Source of the DNA: Escherichia coli
GTDB taxonomy: Bacteria; Pseudomonadota; Gammaproteobacteria; Enterobacterales; Enterobacteriaceae
Assembly: GCA_025544715.1 (NCBI GenBank)
Contig: GCA_025544715.1_4109.1
Direction: 5' to 3' (one strand)
DNA: 64,000 bases
Position numbers and translations under genes: made by a program. A model generated the notes under the pieces. It was not told the origin of the DNA. It saw only the letters and a list, made by a program, of their open reading frames with translations, and made no database searches. Positions 30,476 through 40,547 of this stretch are shown here, piece by piece. Position 1 is the first letter of the stretch, and each line of letters starts with the position of its first letter.

Positions 30476-30503
30476 ATTATATCACATTCTTACGGTTTGT
30501 CTA
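30476..30503 (-). promoter_or_regulatory. Early sigma70-type promoter for clpA (TAGACA-N16-TGATATAAT)
   Basis: Minus-strand reading TAGACA, 16-nt spacer, extended -10 TGATATAAT; same GATGTGATATAAT core as the two promoters near 56700. Confidence 0.55.
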
Positions 30504-30545
30504 CAAGGTAAATAAAGATATACCCGATTTATTTTGGAGACAAAC

Positions 30546-32039
30546 ATGACATATAGAATGTGGAAAAAAGGTAGAACCAATGATTACAAGTTCATTGATT
30601 CTGCCATTGCTGAACAATACAACATTGGTGGAGTTGACATGTGGCTTTATGCATATGTCGGTCCAAAACAAGTTGCTGACAACACTGACTTATCCTATGG
30701 AGGTGATTATACATCTTCAGGATCAGTTGTGTCAAGTATTGGCGATTTAATTTTTGGTGACACACCAAACAGAAACTACAACCTTGAAGCTATCACACTT
30801 AGTTGTGTCTATCAAGTTCAAGAAGCAACTCCAGACTTGAAAATCCCAGGATTGTTCTTTAATTTCAACACTATGGACATCACAATCCATTATAATACAA
30901 TGATGCAGCGTTTAGGTAGAAAAATCATGCCAGGGGATGTGATAGAACTACCAAATTTACGTGATTTTGATGTATTGGGTAAAGATACAGGTCTAAACCG
31001 CTTCTATGTCGTCCAAGATGCATTTCGTACATCTGAGGGATACTCGGTTACGTGGCAACATCACATTTATAAACTTAGAGTTAAACCGCTAACCGACTCA
31101 CCTGAGTACTCCGATTTACTCGGTAACAATAATTATCCTGATAATCCAGATGACCCTAATAATGGTAATGGAAATACCGATGATGGTTCGTCGGAAAACA
31201 GTAACTATGACAATGAAATGGATATCATGAACCGTATCATCATGCAAGCTGATGATGAAGTACCCTACATTCATTTTACAAATGAACATTTGTATGATGA
31301 TCGACCTGATACTGTAGATTTATCAAAATATATGCTTAATGGTTATGATTTCCCAGAAGAACCTGCCGATGGAATGTATTTTTTGAAAAAAACATACCCA
31401 GTACTCAAAGAGTTTGTTAATGATACATGGATTTCTGTGGAAGTCAAGCGTGGAACTATCTTTCCCAGAAAACCAATGGATGGTGACTTCTTCTTTAAAG
31501 AAAATGACGCAGATGTGACAGGTTATACGTTGTATCAATATGATAAAAGTGCTAAAAAATGGTTAAATTGTGATGTAGAATATACTACCAGTGATGTTCC
31601 ACCAGAAGATGTGGAAGATTTTTGTATTTTTTATAAAGAACCACACATTTATCAGTATAATGATGACAAGTGGGGGGAACCAAAGGTAACTTATGTCAAT
31701 GAACCATTCACGTCCAATTGTGTATATGGTAATATTGATTCCCAACAAGATTATCGTCCTAAAATTCCACCAGCACGAGGTACTGTCCCTGAAGGAAATA
31801 TGTTCCCGACTGATGCAGTAGATGGTGACTATTTCTATCGTACCGATTATACCCCAGTTACGTTATGGGAATTCAATGCAACTAAGAATTCATGGGTTAT
31901 TTTTGATTATGGTGGAAGAAAACCGTGGGAAGGTGCAGACCTAGCACTTACACAGTTTGTAAATAGTGATAACAAAGTTCCATTACATGACGCAGTTAAA
32001 CCTAATACTGTTTATCGCATACATAAGGACACAGAATGA
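30546..32039 (+). CDS. Virion structural protein, possibly baseplate wedge gp8-like
   Basis: Start placed at ATG 30546 (GGAG RBS). GGVDMWLYAY and three P-x-DG-x-YF repeats resemble T4 gp8 segments (weak recall). Confidence 0.55.
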   Translation: MTYRMWKKGRTNDYKFIDSAIAEQYNIGGVDMWLYAYVGPKQVADNTDLSYGGDYTSSGSVVSSIGDLIFGDTPNRNYNLEAITLSCVYQVQEATPDLKIPGLFFNFNTMDITIHYNTMMQRLGRKIMPGDVIELPNLRDFDVLGKDTGLNRFYVVQDAFRTSEGYSVTWQHHIYKLRVKPLTDSPEYSDLLGNNNYPDNPDDPNNGNGNTDDGSSENSNYDNEMDIMNRIIMQADDEVPYIHFTNEHLYDDRPDTVDLSKYMLNGYDFPEEPADGMYFLKKTYPVLKEFVNDTWISVEVKRGTIFPRKPMDGDFFFKENDADVTGYTLYQYDKSAKKWLNCDVEYTTSDVPPEDVEDFCIFYKEPHIYQYNDDKWGEPKVTYVNEPFTSNCVYGNIDSQQDYRPKIPPARGTVPEGNMFPTDAVDGDYFYRTDYTPVTLWEFNATKNSWVIFDYGGRKPWEGADLALTQFVNSDNKVPLHDAVKPNTVYRIHKDTE

Positions 32040-33379
32040 AAATAGATTATTATTATGACGGTCAATTTCGCAGAGTACTGAAACATCTTATCAGAGTTTT
32101 TGGTGAATTTCAAGTACAAAATGGTGTTGATGCTAATGGAAACCCAAAATACAAAAAGGTTCCATGTCGCTATGCCGATATTTCAAGAATGGCAGCAGCA
32201 ATTATAAATGGGAATAGTGAAAATGTTCTCCCATCAGCACCTATAATGACCATAAGTGTTAATCAACTAAAGTTGGATCGTAAAAATATTCGTTCTAATG
32301 CCAACGAAACTATAGTAATGGGGTCTAACAAGACCCCTGCTATTAATGAGTACACAAAAGAACTTGACACACAATACAAAATTGTAAGACATAACCCAGT
32401 ACCTTGGACTTTTACGTTTGATTTGAATATTTGGGTAACTCAAACTCAAACTAAAATGGAATTATTCGAACAAATCTCAACTTTGTTTGCACCTAGTATA
32501 CAACTTCAATTATCTGATAACCCGTTAGATTGGACATCGCTTAGTGATGTTGAACTAATAGATTGTCAGTTTTCTACTCGTGGTTTTCCACAAGGAACTG
32601 ACCCAGATTTGGATATAATGGTTTTAACATTTGAAACGACAATATGGTTTTCTTTACCAGCTATTGTTGAAAAACCAAAATTAATTCAACAGATTACTAC
32701 AAATATTAAAGGTGCTCGTGACGAATTTGATTTTGAAATGGGAAATTATTCAGATATAATAACAGATGTTTTTACACCAAAGAACTTATGTATTAAAGTT
32801 GAAGAAATTACTAATTCCAAGTATAATTTACCTGATACATACCAACTTACCTTGGTTAGCCAATCGCTATCTGCGGTTTCTCCCAACGGTGGAATATATT
32901 CATGGGAAAAATATCTTAAATATCTAGAACCAAATTTTGATGATAAAAAAGTAGGGATTAAATTTCAACAATCTATTGAAGAAGACAACCCACTAAAAGG
33001 TCATATAGCGTCGTATGGTGAAAATGAAGATGCCAACAAAATTATAGTACAGCTTGATAATACAAATTATACTGTTGATTATACTATACATGGGTTTGTG
33101 CAGAAAGATTCAGTACTTTCAAATGCATTACCTGAACAATATTATGTAAATAACAGTATACATAACATCATTTATAAAGAAACCGAAATCCCATCAAATT
33201 ATTTGTTTAAAATTACAAATGATGGTGCACAATTAATTGAACCATCTACTGTACGAAATTACATTTATAATAAAGAAGACAATGGTTATTATAGATATAA
33301 TGACAAATTTAAATGGCATAAAAGTATAATGCCTGTGTATCGTCAGGGATATTGGAAAATAACTTTCACTGACAAATAA
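32036..33379 (+). CDS. Virion structural protein (hypothetical)
   Basis: 447-aa ORF translationally coupled (ATGA overlap) to the upstream gene. Confidence 0.55.
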   Translation: MKIDYYYDGQFRRVLKHLIRVFGEFQVQNGVDANGNPKYKKVPCRYADISRMAAAIINGNSENVLPSAPIMTISVNQLKLDRKNIRSNANETIVMGSNKTPAINEYTKELDTQYKIVRHNPVPWTFTFDLNIWVTQTQTKMELFEQISTLFAPSIQLQLSDNPLDWTSLSDVELIDCQFSTRGFPQGTDPDLDIMVLTFETTIWFSLPAIVEKPKLIQQITTNIKGARDEFDFEMGNYSDIITDVFTPKNLCIKVEEITNSKYNLPDTYQLTLVSQSLSAVSPNGGIYSWEKYLKYLEPNFDDKKVGIKFQQSIEEDNPLKGHIASYGENEDANKIIVQLDNTNYTVDYTIHGFVQKDSVLSNALPEQYYVNNSIHNIIYKETEIPSNYLFKITNDGAQLIEPSTVRNYIYNKEDNGYYRYNDKFKWHKSIMPVYRQGYWKITFTDK

Positions 33380-33392
33380 AGGAGGTGTTGTT

Positions 33393-33857
33393 ATGAATGA
33401 AGCGGTTGGTGCTATATTTTTATCAAAAAGTACTGGACATATGATGTTAAACTTGCGTTCTGAAAGAAGTACCTATTCTAACAACTGGGCATTTGTTGGT
33501 GGAAAGCTTGAACATAACGAAACACCATTACAAGGTCTGATGAGAGAAATTAAAGAAGAGTTGGGCAACTCAATACCTAACATTATTGATATTATACCGT
33601 TTGATGTATTTTGTACAAAAAATGGTAAATTTAAATATTATTCATTTGTTATTGTAGTTGAGAATGAATTTGTACCGACTTTAAATCATGAAAGCTCTGG
33701 TTATGCTTGGGTTAGAATTGGTTCTTGGCCTAAACCATTACACCCTGGTGCTAAAAATACTTTACTTAACACAAACTTAATGAAAGATTTTTACTCACTA
33801 TGGGAAAGTATACGTGAAGGTACACAGTTTGTCAACAGTTTACCATATAGATATTAA
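33393..33857 (+). CDS. NUDIX hydrolase
   Basis: Nudix box GGKLEHNETPLQGLMREIKEELG (G-x5-E-x7-REUxEExGU); AGGAGG RBS; own terminator. Confidence 0.85.
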   Translation: MNEAVGAIFLSKSTGHMMLNLRSERSTYSNNWAFVGGKLEHNETPLQGLMREIKEELGNSIPNIIDIIPFDVFCTKNGKFKYYSFVIVVENEFVPTLNHESSGYAWVRIGSWPKPLHPGAKNTLLNTNLMKDFYSLWESIREGTQFVNSLPYRY

Positions 33858-33861
33858 AACA

Positions 33862-33888
33862 AAAAGGAGCCGTGTGGCTCCTTTTTTT
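33862..33888. terminator. Bidirectional rho-independent terminator
   Basis: GGAGCC-gtgt-GGCTCC flanked by A-run and T-run. Confidence 0.7.
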
Positions 33889-34987
33889 ATACTCCAATAA
33901 TCGGAATACCTGTAATATTTAACAACACGGATGCTTGTAGTTTAACGGATTCACCAGCAGTTAGATTACTAATGCTACCATCAACTCGAAAACCTAAATT
34001 TTTATTTGAGTTTAGAGAATTGATAACCCAATTTTCATAATCAGCTTTAGATGTTCCATTAGGATTTGGAATAGATGGATCTACACCATTAATAACAATA
34101 TTTACGTCCCAGTTTGGGCGACTACTGGTAATAACATCTTTTATGGATTCTAATTGTGTAATCCTACGTGGGTCTGGCATTTGACTTGCCCCAACCGAAC
34201 CAGGAACAAAAGTTCCTTGATTATCTACATAGAATTGCCCTTTTATAAAAAAGGTTTTTGAATTATAGGGAAGAGAAACTATCTCACCAGAAGAATCATT
34301 TACTTCTCTAATCATAATTTTTAATTCATAGAAATAGTTGCTACCAAATTCAAATACACCAGTACCATTAGTTAATGTTGTCCAGTTATTTGTATCTACT
34401 TGTGAAGTACCACCTAAGTTAAAATACGCAATTGGTTTAGTACTGTTACTTTGTGTGAACTCTATATATTTTTTACCATTATCATAGTTAATATCTAATA
34501 ATGATGAATACTCTTTGTTTTCTGGTCTAGATGTTTGAATTTCACGCCATTCTTTGTTTTTCATTAACACACGAAGAGAATCACCGTTACTAGTTAATAC
34601 CATACGACCCATAACACTATTTTCACCATCAGGTACTGTGTTAAAAACAGTAATCATAGGTATAGACGCCCATTCAGCTTCAGTTACAATATCAGCAGGT
34701 TGTCTAGCATTATCAACTAATGATATCAATAACTCACCAGTACTACCAGTGTTTCTATACCAAAGTTGACCATTGACGTTACCACGTGGTGCAGATGCTG
34801 AACTGAAATTTTCAACTAAATGTAAAAAGTTTTCGTTCCATGCTTGACCATAACTTACTTTGTTTCTACCAACTAAATTTAACGGAACTGGGTTACTTCC
34901 TGGCTGGTTTGGTCCTAAAATAACATTATTTGGAATGGTAGCATAAACACTACCATTACTTCTATAAATTGTATAATTAACACTCAT
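33887..34987 (-). CDS. Hypothetical structural protein (366 aa), tail fibre or baseplate related by context
   Basis: Third gene of a minus-strand trio embedded among fibre genes. Confidence 0.6.
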   Translation of the reverse strand: MSVNYTIYRSNGSVYATIPNNVILGPNQPGSNPVPLNLVGRNKVSYGQAWNENFLHLVENFSSASAPRGNVNGQLWYRNTGSTGELLISLVDNARQPADIVTEAEWASIPMITVFNTVPDGENSVMGRMVLTSNGDSLRVLMKNKEWREIQTSRPENKEYSSLLDINYDNGKKYIEFTQSNSTKPIAYFNLGGTSQVDTNNWTTLTNGTGVFEFGSNYFYELKIMIREVNDSSGEIVSLPYNSKTFFIKGQFYVDNQGTFVPGSVGASQMPDPRRITQLESIKDVITSSRPNWDVNIVINGVDPSIPNPNGTSKADYENWVINSLNSNKNLGFRVDGSISNLTAGESVKLQASVLLNITGIPIIGV

Positions 34988-34999
34988 TATATGTCCCCA

Positions 35000-35608
35000 T
35001 TATTGTAATTGTACACGAACTGTGTATTTAATTTGTAAGACACGGTTTGCACTTTTCTCAACTGGGTGAAAAATGATATGGGTTAAAGGAATACCACTAT
35101 CTCCATCCGTGTACAATCCCAATTCATCAAATACATAAGTTCCATCCATGCTTGTCCCTGAGCTTACACCTTGGTCGGATGGTTCACCTAACCCTAGAGT
35201 ACAAATACATACAATATCAGTATAGGACTGACCTGGTATATGTACAGTTGTAATATTATTGTATTGTGAATCAATACCTGCCGTAATTCGTGGGTTGATT
35301 TTTTTCAAATATGTTTGTGAATACAAACCACCAAATGATGTAACACGTGGTTTTTTATAAGTAACACGCCCAGTACTTAAAACTACTGTACCACCATTAC
35401 CAAAACGCATCTCGCTAATAGAACCAATAGGAATACCAGTACTGTCTTGATTATATGCTAACGCATTAGCAATGGCAGTACTCATATTTTCAGGGTGAAT
35501 AGCGTTAGATTTATCTAAAACGATTTTTTGATTTGATGGATCAGTAACGTCAGTAATTAGGACATGACCTTTAACAAATAGTTTTGGTTGTTCTGTTTCT
35601 AATTTCAT
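35000..35608 (-). CDS. Hypothetical structural protein (202 aa)
   Basis: ORF tightly packed between neighbours on the minus strand. Confidence 0.6.
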   Translation of the reverse strand: MKLETEQPKLFVKGHVLITDVTDPSNQKIVLDKSNAIHPENMSTAIANALAYNQDSTGIPIGSISEMRFGNGGTVVLSTGRVTYKKPRVTSFGGLYSQTYLKKINPRITAGIDSQYNNITTVHIPGQSYTDIVCICTLGLGEPSDQGVSSGTSMDGTYVFDELGLYTDGDSGIPLTHIIFHPVEKSANRVLQIKYTVRVQLQ

Positions 35609-35617
35609 TTCTAATCC

Positions 35618-36115
35618 TTAGTAGTTAATTAAAATTTGTTCTAACTTCCCAGCTAAACTTTTTTGGACATCTGATGGATACTTACTAATATAATCACGGT
35701 CTATACCAACTTTAAGGTAAGTAAAATTACCAGTTACTGTTTCAGCAAATGTTCCGGTAGTTCCTTGTTGTCTAATTAAATCCCCACCATTTGGATTTAA
35801 AATAACCATATCAGTAAATTCAAGATAATAATTACAACTTTCAGTGAATTTAATTGGAAACCAATCATCATCAGTAGGATTACTAGCTAATGTAGCTAAC
35901 ACATAAATTCTACCAATAAAATTACGTAGTGTAAATGAAATCGTATGTAAACCTGTAGTACAGCCATAGTAGCCACCACTAGCAAGTGGTAACGTTTGTT
36001 CATTCCAGTGATAATCCAAGTTAGCTGGATACCAGCTATCAGATTCAGGAAAATCTTGCCATGAACCATCTTTTGTTTTTCTTCTGAAGAGAAAGTCTTT
36101 TGATCTTAATGCCAT
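35618..36115 (-). CDS. Hypothetical structural protein (165 aa)
   Basis: First gene of the minus-strand trio; AAAGGG RBS; AATAAATA late-like box on the minus strand about 33 nt upstream. Confidence 0.6.
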   Translation of the reverse strand: MALRSKDFLFRRKTKDGSWQDFPESDSWYPANLDYHWNEQTLPLASGGYYGCTTGLHTISFTLRNFIGRIYVLATLASNPTDDDWFPIKFTESCNYYLEFTDMVILNPNGGDLIRQQGTTGTFAETVTGNFTYLKVGIDRDYISKYPSDVQKSLAGKLEQILINY

Positions 36116-36225
36116 TGTTTAAGCCCTTTTAGTAGTGAACTTTCATTTATTTATTAATGATAACGAAATGTATTTTGTACTGATAAATATTGGTATATGA
36201 CATTAACTCATACAAGGGAAATATT

Positions 36226-37341
36226 ATGACAATTTCATTTAATGGTTCATGTAATAACTCCGGCATCAAAAGTCTAGTTATTAATGGTGCTGGGCATTTA
36301 ATTGTAACCTATGCAGATAACACAATTCAAGATTTAGGTCTTGTTGTAGGACAGAATGGCGAGAATGGTAAAAACTTTTATCCTAATGAGATTGGTTTTG
36401 AAATTCCTTCCGAACAATTTAAAGTTGGTGAACCACTTGGGTGGTGCTACTTAAGCTTGGCTAACAACACCAGTACTCTATACTTTAAATCAAACGATGC
36501 ACAAGATCCGACAAGTACATGGATTAGTGTTGAGTTTGGTAAAGGTGATACTGGTGAAGCGGGTAAGCCGTTCCACATTGATAGTGCTGGGACTTCTTTC
36601 CCAACAACTGGTCTTTTTAATAACTATACATTTTATAATACTCAAGATGGTAAGCTTTATTTCTATCAAAGTGTAACTGCCACTTGGAGTGATGGTATCC
36701 CTTTCCGTGGTGAACAAGGTCCGCGTGGTCGTTTCCATATTGATAGCAGTGGTGATCAATTTCCAAGTATTGAAAATCTTCCAGTTGATTATTGTTTTTA
36801 TAACAACACTGATGGAAAACTATATTATGTTGATGAAGTAACTACAACTACCCCTCCTTCAAAAGAGTGGAGTGATGGTATTCTATTCCGTGGTAAAGAA
36901 GGTCAGCAAGGTATTCAAGGTATACAAGGCGAACCAGGTGCACCAGGTAAAGATACAATTTCTATTAGAAATACCATAGATAGCTCATGGACTAACGCAC
37001 TATTAGTTATTGGTACATGTCCTGCTGGATATGTAGTTTCTAATATTGATGTAAACGTTATACAACCTTATTCTCTTCCTGTAACTGATATGTTTGTACG
37101 TTTTGGTGGTGAAGCACAAGAAGATATTGGCGGGACGGTAATTGCACCAACTTCCTACTTTGATATCAATCGTCAGATGCGTTTTATTGTTAATGAAACT
37201 AATCATGCAGCATCCGATGTTGATGAAATTATTTCATGTGTATTCAACGATTCTGTTAACAACAGTCCTTATGGAAAAATGGAAATTATTTGTACTCTTT
37301 CATGGCAAGCTCCTATCCAACCGATTCAAGATAATATTTAA
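36226..37341 (+). CDS. Tail fibre-like protein with short collagen-like Gly-X-Y stretches and an internal duplication
   Basis: GEQGPRGRF and GKEGQQGIQGIQGEPGAPGKD triplets; duplicated HIDS-G-x-FP...DGKLY...WSDGI-FRG unit. Start at ATG 36226 (AGGGAA RBS); GATAAATA box overlaps the track start 36190. Confidence 0.7.
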   Translation: MTISFNGSCNNSGIKSLVINGAGHLIVTYADNTIQDLGLVVGQNGENGKNFYPNEIGFEIPSEQFKVGEPLGWCYLSLANNTSTLYFKSNDAQDPTSTWISVEFGKGDTGEAGKPFHIDSAGTSFPTTGLFNNYTFYNTQDGKLYFYQSVTATWSDGIPFRGEQGPRGRFHIDSSGDQFPSIENLPVDYCFYNNTDGKLYYVDEVTTTTPPSKEWSDGILFRGKEGQQGIQGIQGEPGAPGKDTISIRNTIDSSWTNALLVIGTCPAGYVVSNIDVNVIQPYSLPVTDMFVRFGGEAQEDIGGTVIAPTSYFDINRQMRFIVNETNHAASDVDEIISCVFNDSVNNSPYGKMEIICTLSWQAPIQPIQDNI

Positions 37342-37355
37342 GGGAGGATGTCATA

Positions 37356-39497
37356 ATGGCAGTATTTTCTAATTTTGAAGGAACTATGCAGCCCAAATTC
37401 ATATTGGGGAAAAAAGGTGCTTCAATAAATTTTATCAATGATTCAGTTTCTATAAAAGATTATCTAGGAGAACAGTTCCTGCCACTTAAGGTAGGAACTT
37501 CATCTGATCCTAATTCAGCAGTTAACGTAAAATATCTTGAAGATAATCCTAATGCATTATTTGGTGTTGTACCACCTACCGATGATATAGGAAAGAACAA
37601 TAATACGTATTTTCAAATTGATGAAGATGGTATTGTTGATATTTTTGCAAAAAGCAATGGTACATGGGTAAAATCATTATACATTAATAAAAAAGTTCTA
37701 TCCAGTAAAAATGGTGGAGATTTCATCGGACTTATTACTGGAGGTACAGTTCAACAGGCACAGTTTTATATAACACCAGAAGAATTTGGTGCTAAAGGTG
37801 ATGGTGAAACTGATGACACTGCTGCTGTAAATTTATGTGCTGCTTATGCTAAAGAAAATAAAATCCAAATTCAGGCTGGTGGTAATTACCGTATCAAAAC
37901 TGCAATATATCTGGAAGATGTAACTTGGTTTGGGGGAACTATTACTGGTAACGGTGGTACTATGGTATCCGTTATTAATTCCCAAATACAATTTGCAACA
38001 CTTACTGGATGTTATTTAAAATTCTTCGGTGGCGATGGTAAGTTTTATTTTAATAAATTTATAAACATCACAAGTACTGCTGCATTTTTAATGCAAGGCA
38101 TGACACAACCAGGTACAATAGATTTTTGCTTTAATGAAATGACCCAATGTAAGTATGGTGTTCTTCAACAAGGTACTGGTGAGAAAATGAAGGTTGGTAG
38201 ATATTCATATAACCACATACATGATATATATGGTGATGCAATTGAACTAAACGTAATTAACTCACACTATCCTGATGGTTTTGTTATTGAAGGGAACATA
38301 ATTGAAAACGTTGATGGTTCTAACGCTCCAATCCCACTTTCAAACTGGGGTATTGGTATTGGTGTTGCTGGTTCTGGTCCTTATGGTTTAGATGCACCAG
38401 ATACACAATATGTCAGAAACTTTGTTATTAAAAATAACAGACTATATAATGTTAGACAATGTATCCACGTTGAATTAGGCATGGACTTTAAAATACTTAA
38501 TAATGAAGTTTATCCATCATCTTTAGTTTCTGTTGGTACTGGATTAACCACTGCTGGTGTTATAACTTATGGTTCAAAGGAATTCATTATTGATGGATTG
38601 ACTGGTCATTTGCTTAATGATCCTTCTATCACAAATAGAATGGTTTCAATAAACTGGGGTGTAACTTCTGGTCGTTTTGCTGGACCACCTAGAAACTTTA
38701 AAATTTCTAATCTCTATATTCCAGAGTCTTCTATACTTGTTTATACTTCCGGTTCTGACAATTGGTTAAATAATACAGAATTGAGCAATATCACCTGTTC
38801 TAAAATTCTTTGGCGTGGTTTACCATCATCATCTAAATTTAGTGATATTAGAACTAAAGAATTAGATGTAATTGGTCAACATCTCTCTACAGAAGGCGAA
38901 GGTGGTGGTATCTATACTCGCTCTAAATATACTTATACTAATTGGACTAACTGTGTTGTTCAAGATGATTGTAATGTTTCAAAATATAGTTTTTCTAAAA
39001 TGTATGTAGACAGAATAGACCAATCATCTAATAACTTTAAAGTTACAACTGCAATCGATGGTACAGGTCACCGTGGCCCAGTACTGATACCTGTAGTTGA
39101 GCAATATTATATTCCATACGATACTTTTCCTGGGGGACGCTATTTCTCTGAAGGTACGATTATTCATAAACAATCGGGTGGAAAATATATTGTAACTGTT
39201 GGTGGTTCTTTTTTCGGAAAATATGACACAATTAGACAAACGGTAGCAGGACAAACATACATAGAAGCATTGGGTGTGTCATGGGGTGAAAACCAATATG
39301 CAAAAGCTGCTGGTACTGAGATTATTATATCTGGTGCTGGTGAAAATGGTGGTGATTTGAGAACGTATATAACTCGTGCAGTGTATGTTGTAAACAACGT
39401 ATATAGAATTGATATTGCAGATCCTATCATAACAGCAACTGCCGCTGGTGCAGCATTAAAAGCCGCCCAACCCGTAACTTACATAACCCTACCATAA
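37356..39497 (+). CDS. Tailspike or tail fibre with predicted right-handed beta-helix (possible depolymerase-type receptor-binding protein)
   Basis: N-terminal 60 aa shared with the next gene (MAVFSNFEGTM...FILGK); central region has the glycine/asparagine-rich repetitive pattern typical of beta-helix folds; AGGGAGGA RBS. Confidence 0.7.
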   Translation: MAVFSNFEGTMQPKFILGKKGASINFINDSVSIKDYLGEQFLPLKVGTSSDPNSAVNVKYLEDNPNALFGVVPPTDDIGKNNNTYFQIDEDGIVDIFAKSNGTWVKSLYINKKVLSSKNGGDFIGLITGGTVQQAQFYITPEEFGAKGDGETDDTAAVNLCAAYAKENKIQIQAGGNYRIKTAIYLEDVTWFGGTITGNGGTMVSVINSQIQFATLTGCYLKFFGGDGKFYFNKFINITSTAAFLMQGMTQPGTIDFCFNEMTQCKYGVLQQGTGEKMKVGRYSYNHIHDIYGDAIELNVINSHYPDGFVIEGNIIENVDGSNAPIPLSNWGIGIGVAGSGPYGLDAPDTQYVRNFVIKNNRLYNVRQCIHVELGMDFKILNNEVYPSSLVSVGTGLTTAGVITYGSKEFIIDGLTGHLLNDPSITNRMVSINWGVTSGRFAGPPRNFKISNLYIPESSILVYTSGSDNWLNNTELSNITCSKILWRGLPSSSKFSDIRTKELDVIGQHLSTEGEGGGIYTRSKYTYTNWTNCVVQDDCNVSKYSFSKMYVDRIDQSSNNFKVTTAIDGTGHRGPVLIPVVEQYYIPYDTFPGGRYFSEGTIIHKQSGGKYIVTVGGSFFGKYDTIRQTVAGQTYIEALGVSWGENQYAKAAGTEIIISGAGENGGDLRTYITRAVYVVNNVYRIDIADPIITATAAGAALKAAQPVTYITLP

Positions 39498-39513
39498 AGG
39501 AGATTATATTAAA

Positions 39514-40410
39514 ATGGCAGTTTTTTCTAATTTAGAAGGAACCATGAAGAAGTCCTTCATTCTTGGGAAGAATGGTGCACAGATTACCACAAATGGTAGT
39601 GTTGTGCAAATTCAAAACTACTCAGGAACACAACTTCTTCCAATTTCAGCAGGTGAACCAACTGCAAACACACACTTGGTTACATTGGGATATTTAAACG
39701 CACACAGTGGTGGTGGTAGTTCTGGTATCTTACGTGGAACAACAGCACCATCCGATTCTATTGGCCTAGATGGTGACGTTTACTTTTTGGTTGATAGTAC
39801 TAATGTTCTTCAAATTTATATTAAAGATCTTGGTATTTGGAAACCATTTAAAGGTAGCTCACCTGGAACTGATAGCTCATATGTAACTACTGAAATAGTT
39901 CCTGTTTCTGCATTTACATTAGTACCAGATACTACTGATCATTATACTTACACACTACCAGAATCAGTTCATGGTAGAGGTTCTGATATTATGATTCAAC
40001 TACAAGGTGACCCAGGTAATGTTGCATTGGAATCAGTATTCCAAACCACAGTAACAGTTAGTGGTATTGGGGATATAACAATTGATGTGATTGGTCAAAT
40101 CACAGATTATGCAAGTGTTAAAGTAAACATTATAGGAGCAACCACAATGACAGTACCTTATAGTAAATTAGTAAACCAAGCAGATTGGGTTTCTAGTGCT
40201 GGTGATTTCACAATCACTATTCCAGCATCCGAACACAATCAAACCCCAGATAATTTGTATATTTCAATTTATGCAAATAAAACACCTGGAAGTGTTGCGT
40301 CATCTCCATTCGAGTTGGTAGTGACTGATACACAAATTAGTAGTACTGGTGATGTAATCTTCACTTCTGATATTTCTTTCAGTGGTAAGATTGTCATCTC
40401 CGGTAAGTAA
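39514..40410 (+). CDS. Tail fibre or receptor-binding protein paralog (shared N-terminal anchor, different C-terminus)
   Basis: MAVFSNLEGTMKKSFILGKNGA... is homologous to the N-terminus of the 37356 gene; AAGGAG RBS. Confidence 0.65.
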   Translation: MAVFSNLEGTMKKSFILGKNGAQITTNGSVVQIQNYSGTQLLPISAGEPTANTHLVTLGYLNAHSGGGSSGILRGTTAPSDSIGLDGDVYFLVDSTNVLQIYIKDLGIWKPFKGSSPGTDSSYVTTEIVPVSAFTLVPDTTDHYTYTLPESVHGRGSDIMIQLQGDPGNVALESVFQTTVTVSGIGDITIDVIGQITDYASVKVNIIGATTMTVPYSKLVNQADWVSSAGDFTITIPASEHNQTPDNLYISIYANKTPGSVASSPFELVVTDTQISSTGDVIFTSDISFSGKIVISGK

Positions 40411-40416
40411 AAAATT

Positions 40417-40450
40417 AACCAGACTTGTTCTAAATAAGTCTGGTTTTTTA
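40417..40450 (+). terminator. Rho-independent terminator
   Basis: AACCAGACTT-9nt-AAGTCTGGTT followed by TTTTTT. Confidence 0.65.
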
Positions 40451-40547
40451 TTATATTTGCTTTTGTCAAATAATGTATTAATTGTTGGATAACAGCATAA
40501 TAAAACTAAATATATACATATTAACAAGGTTATAATGGAGGGTATAA

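Noticed and set aside
36190-36225. Track start 36190 (TTG) for the collagen-like fibre gene
   Set aside because: A late-promoter-like box (36182..36189) abuts this start; ATG 36226 with AGGGAA RBS is more plausible.
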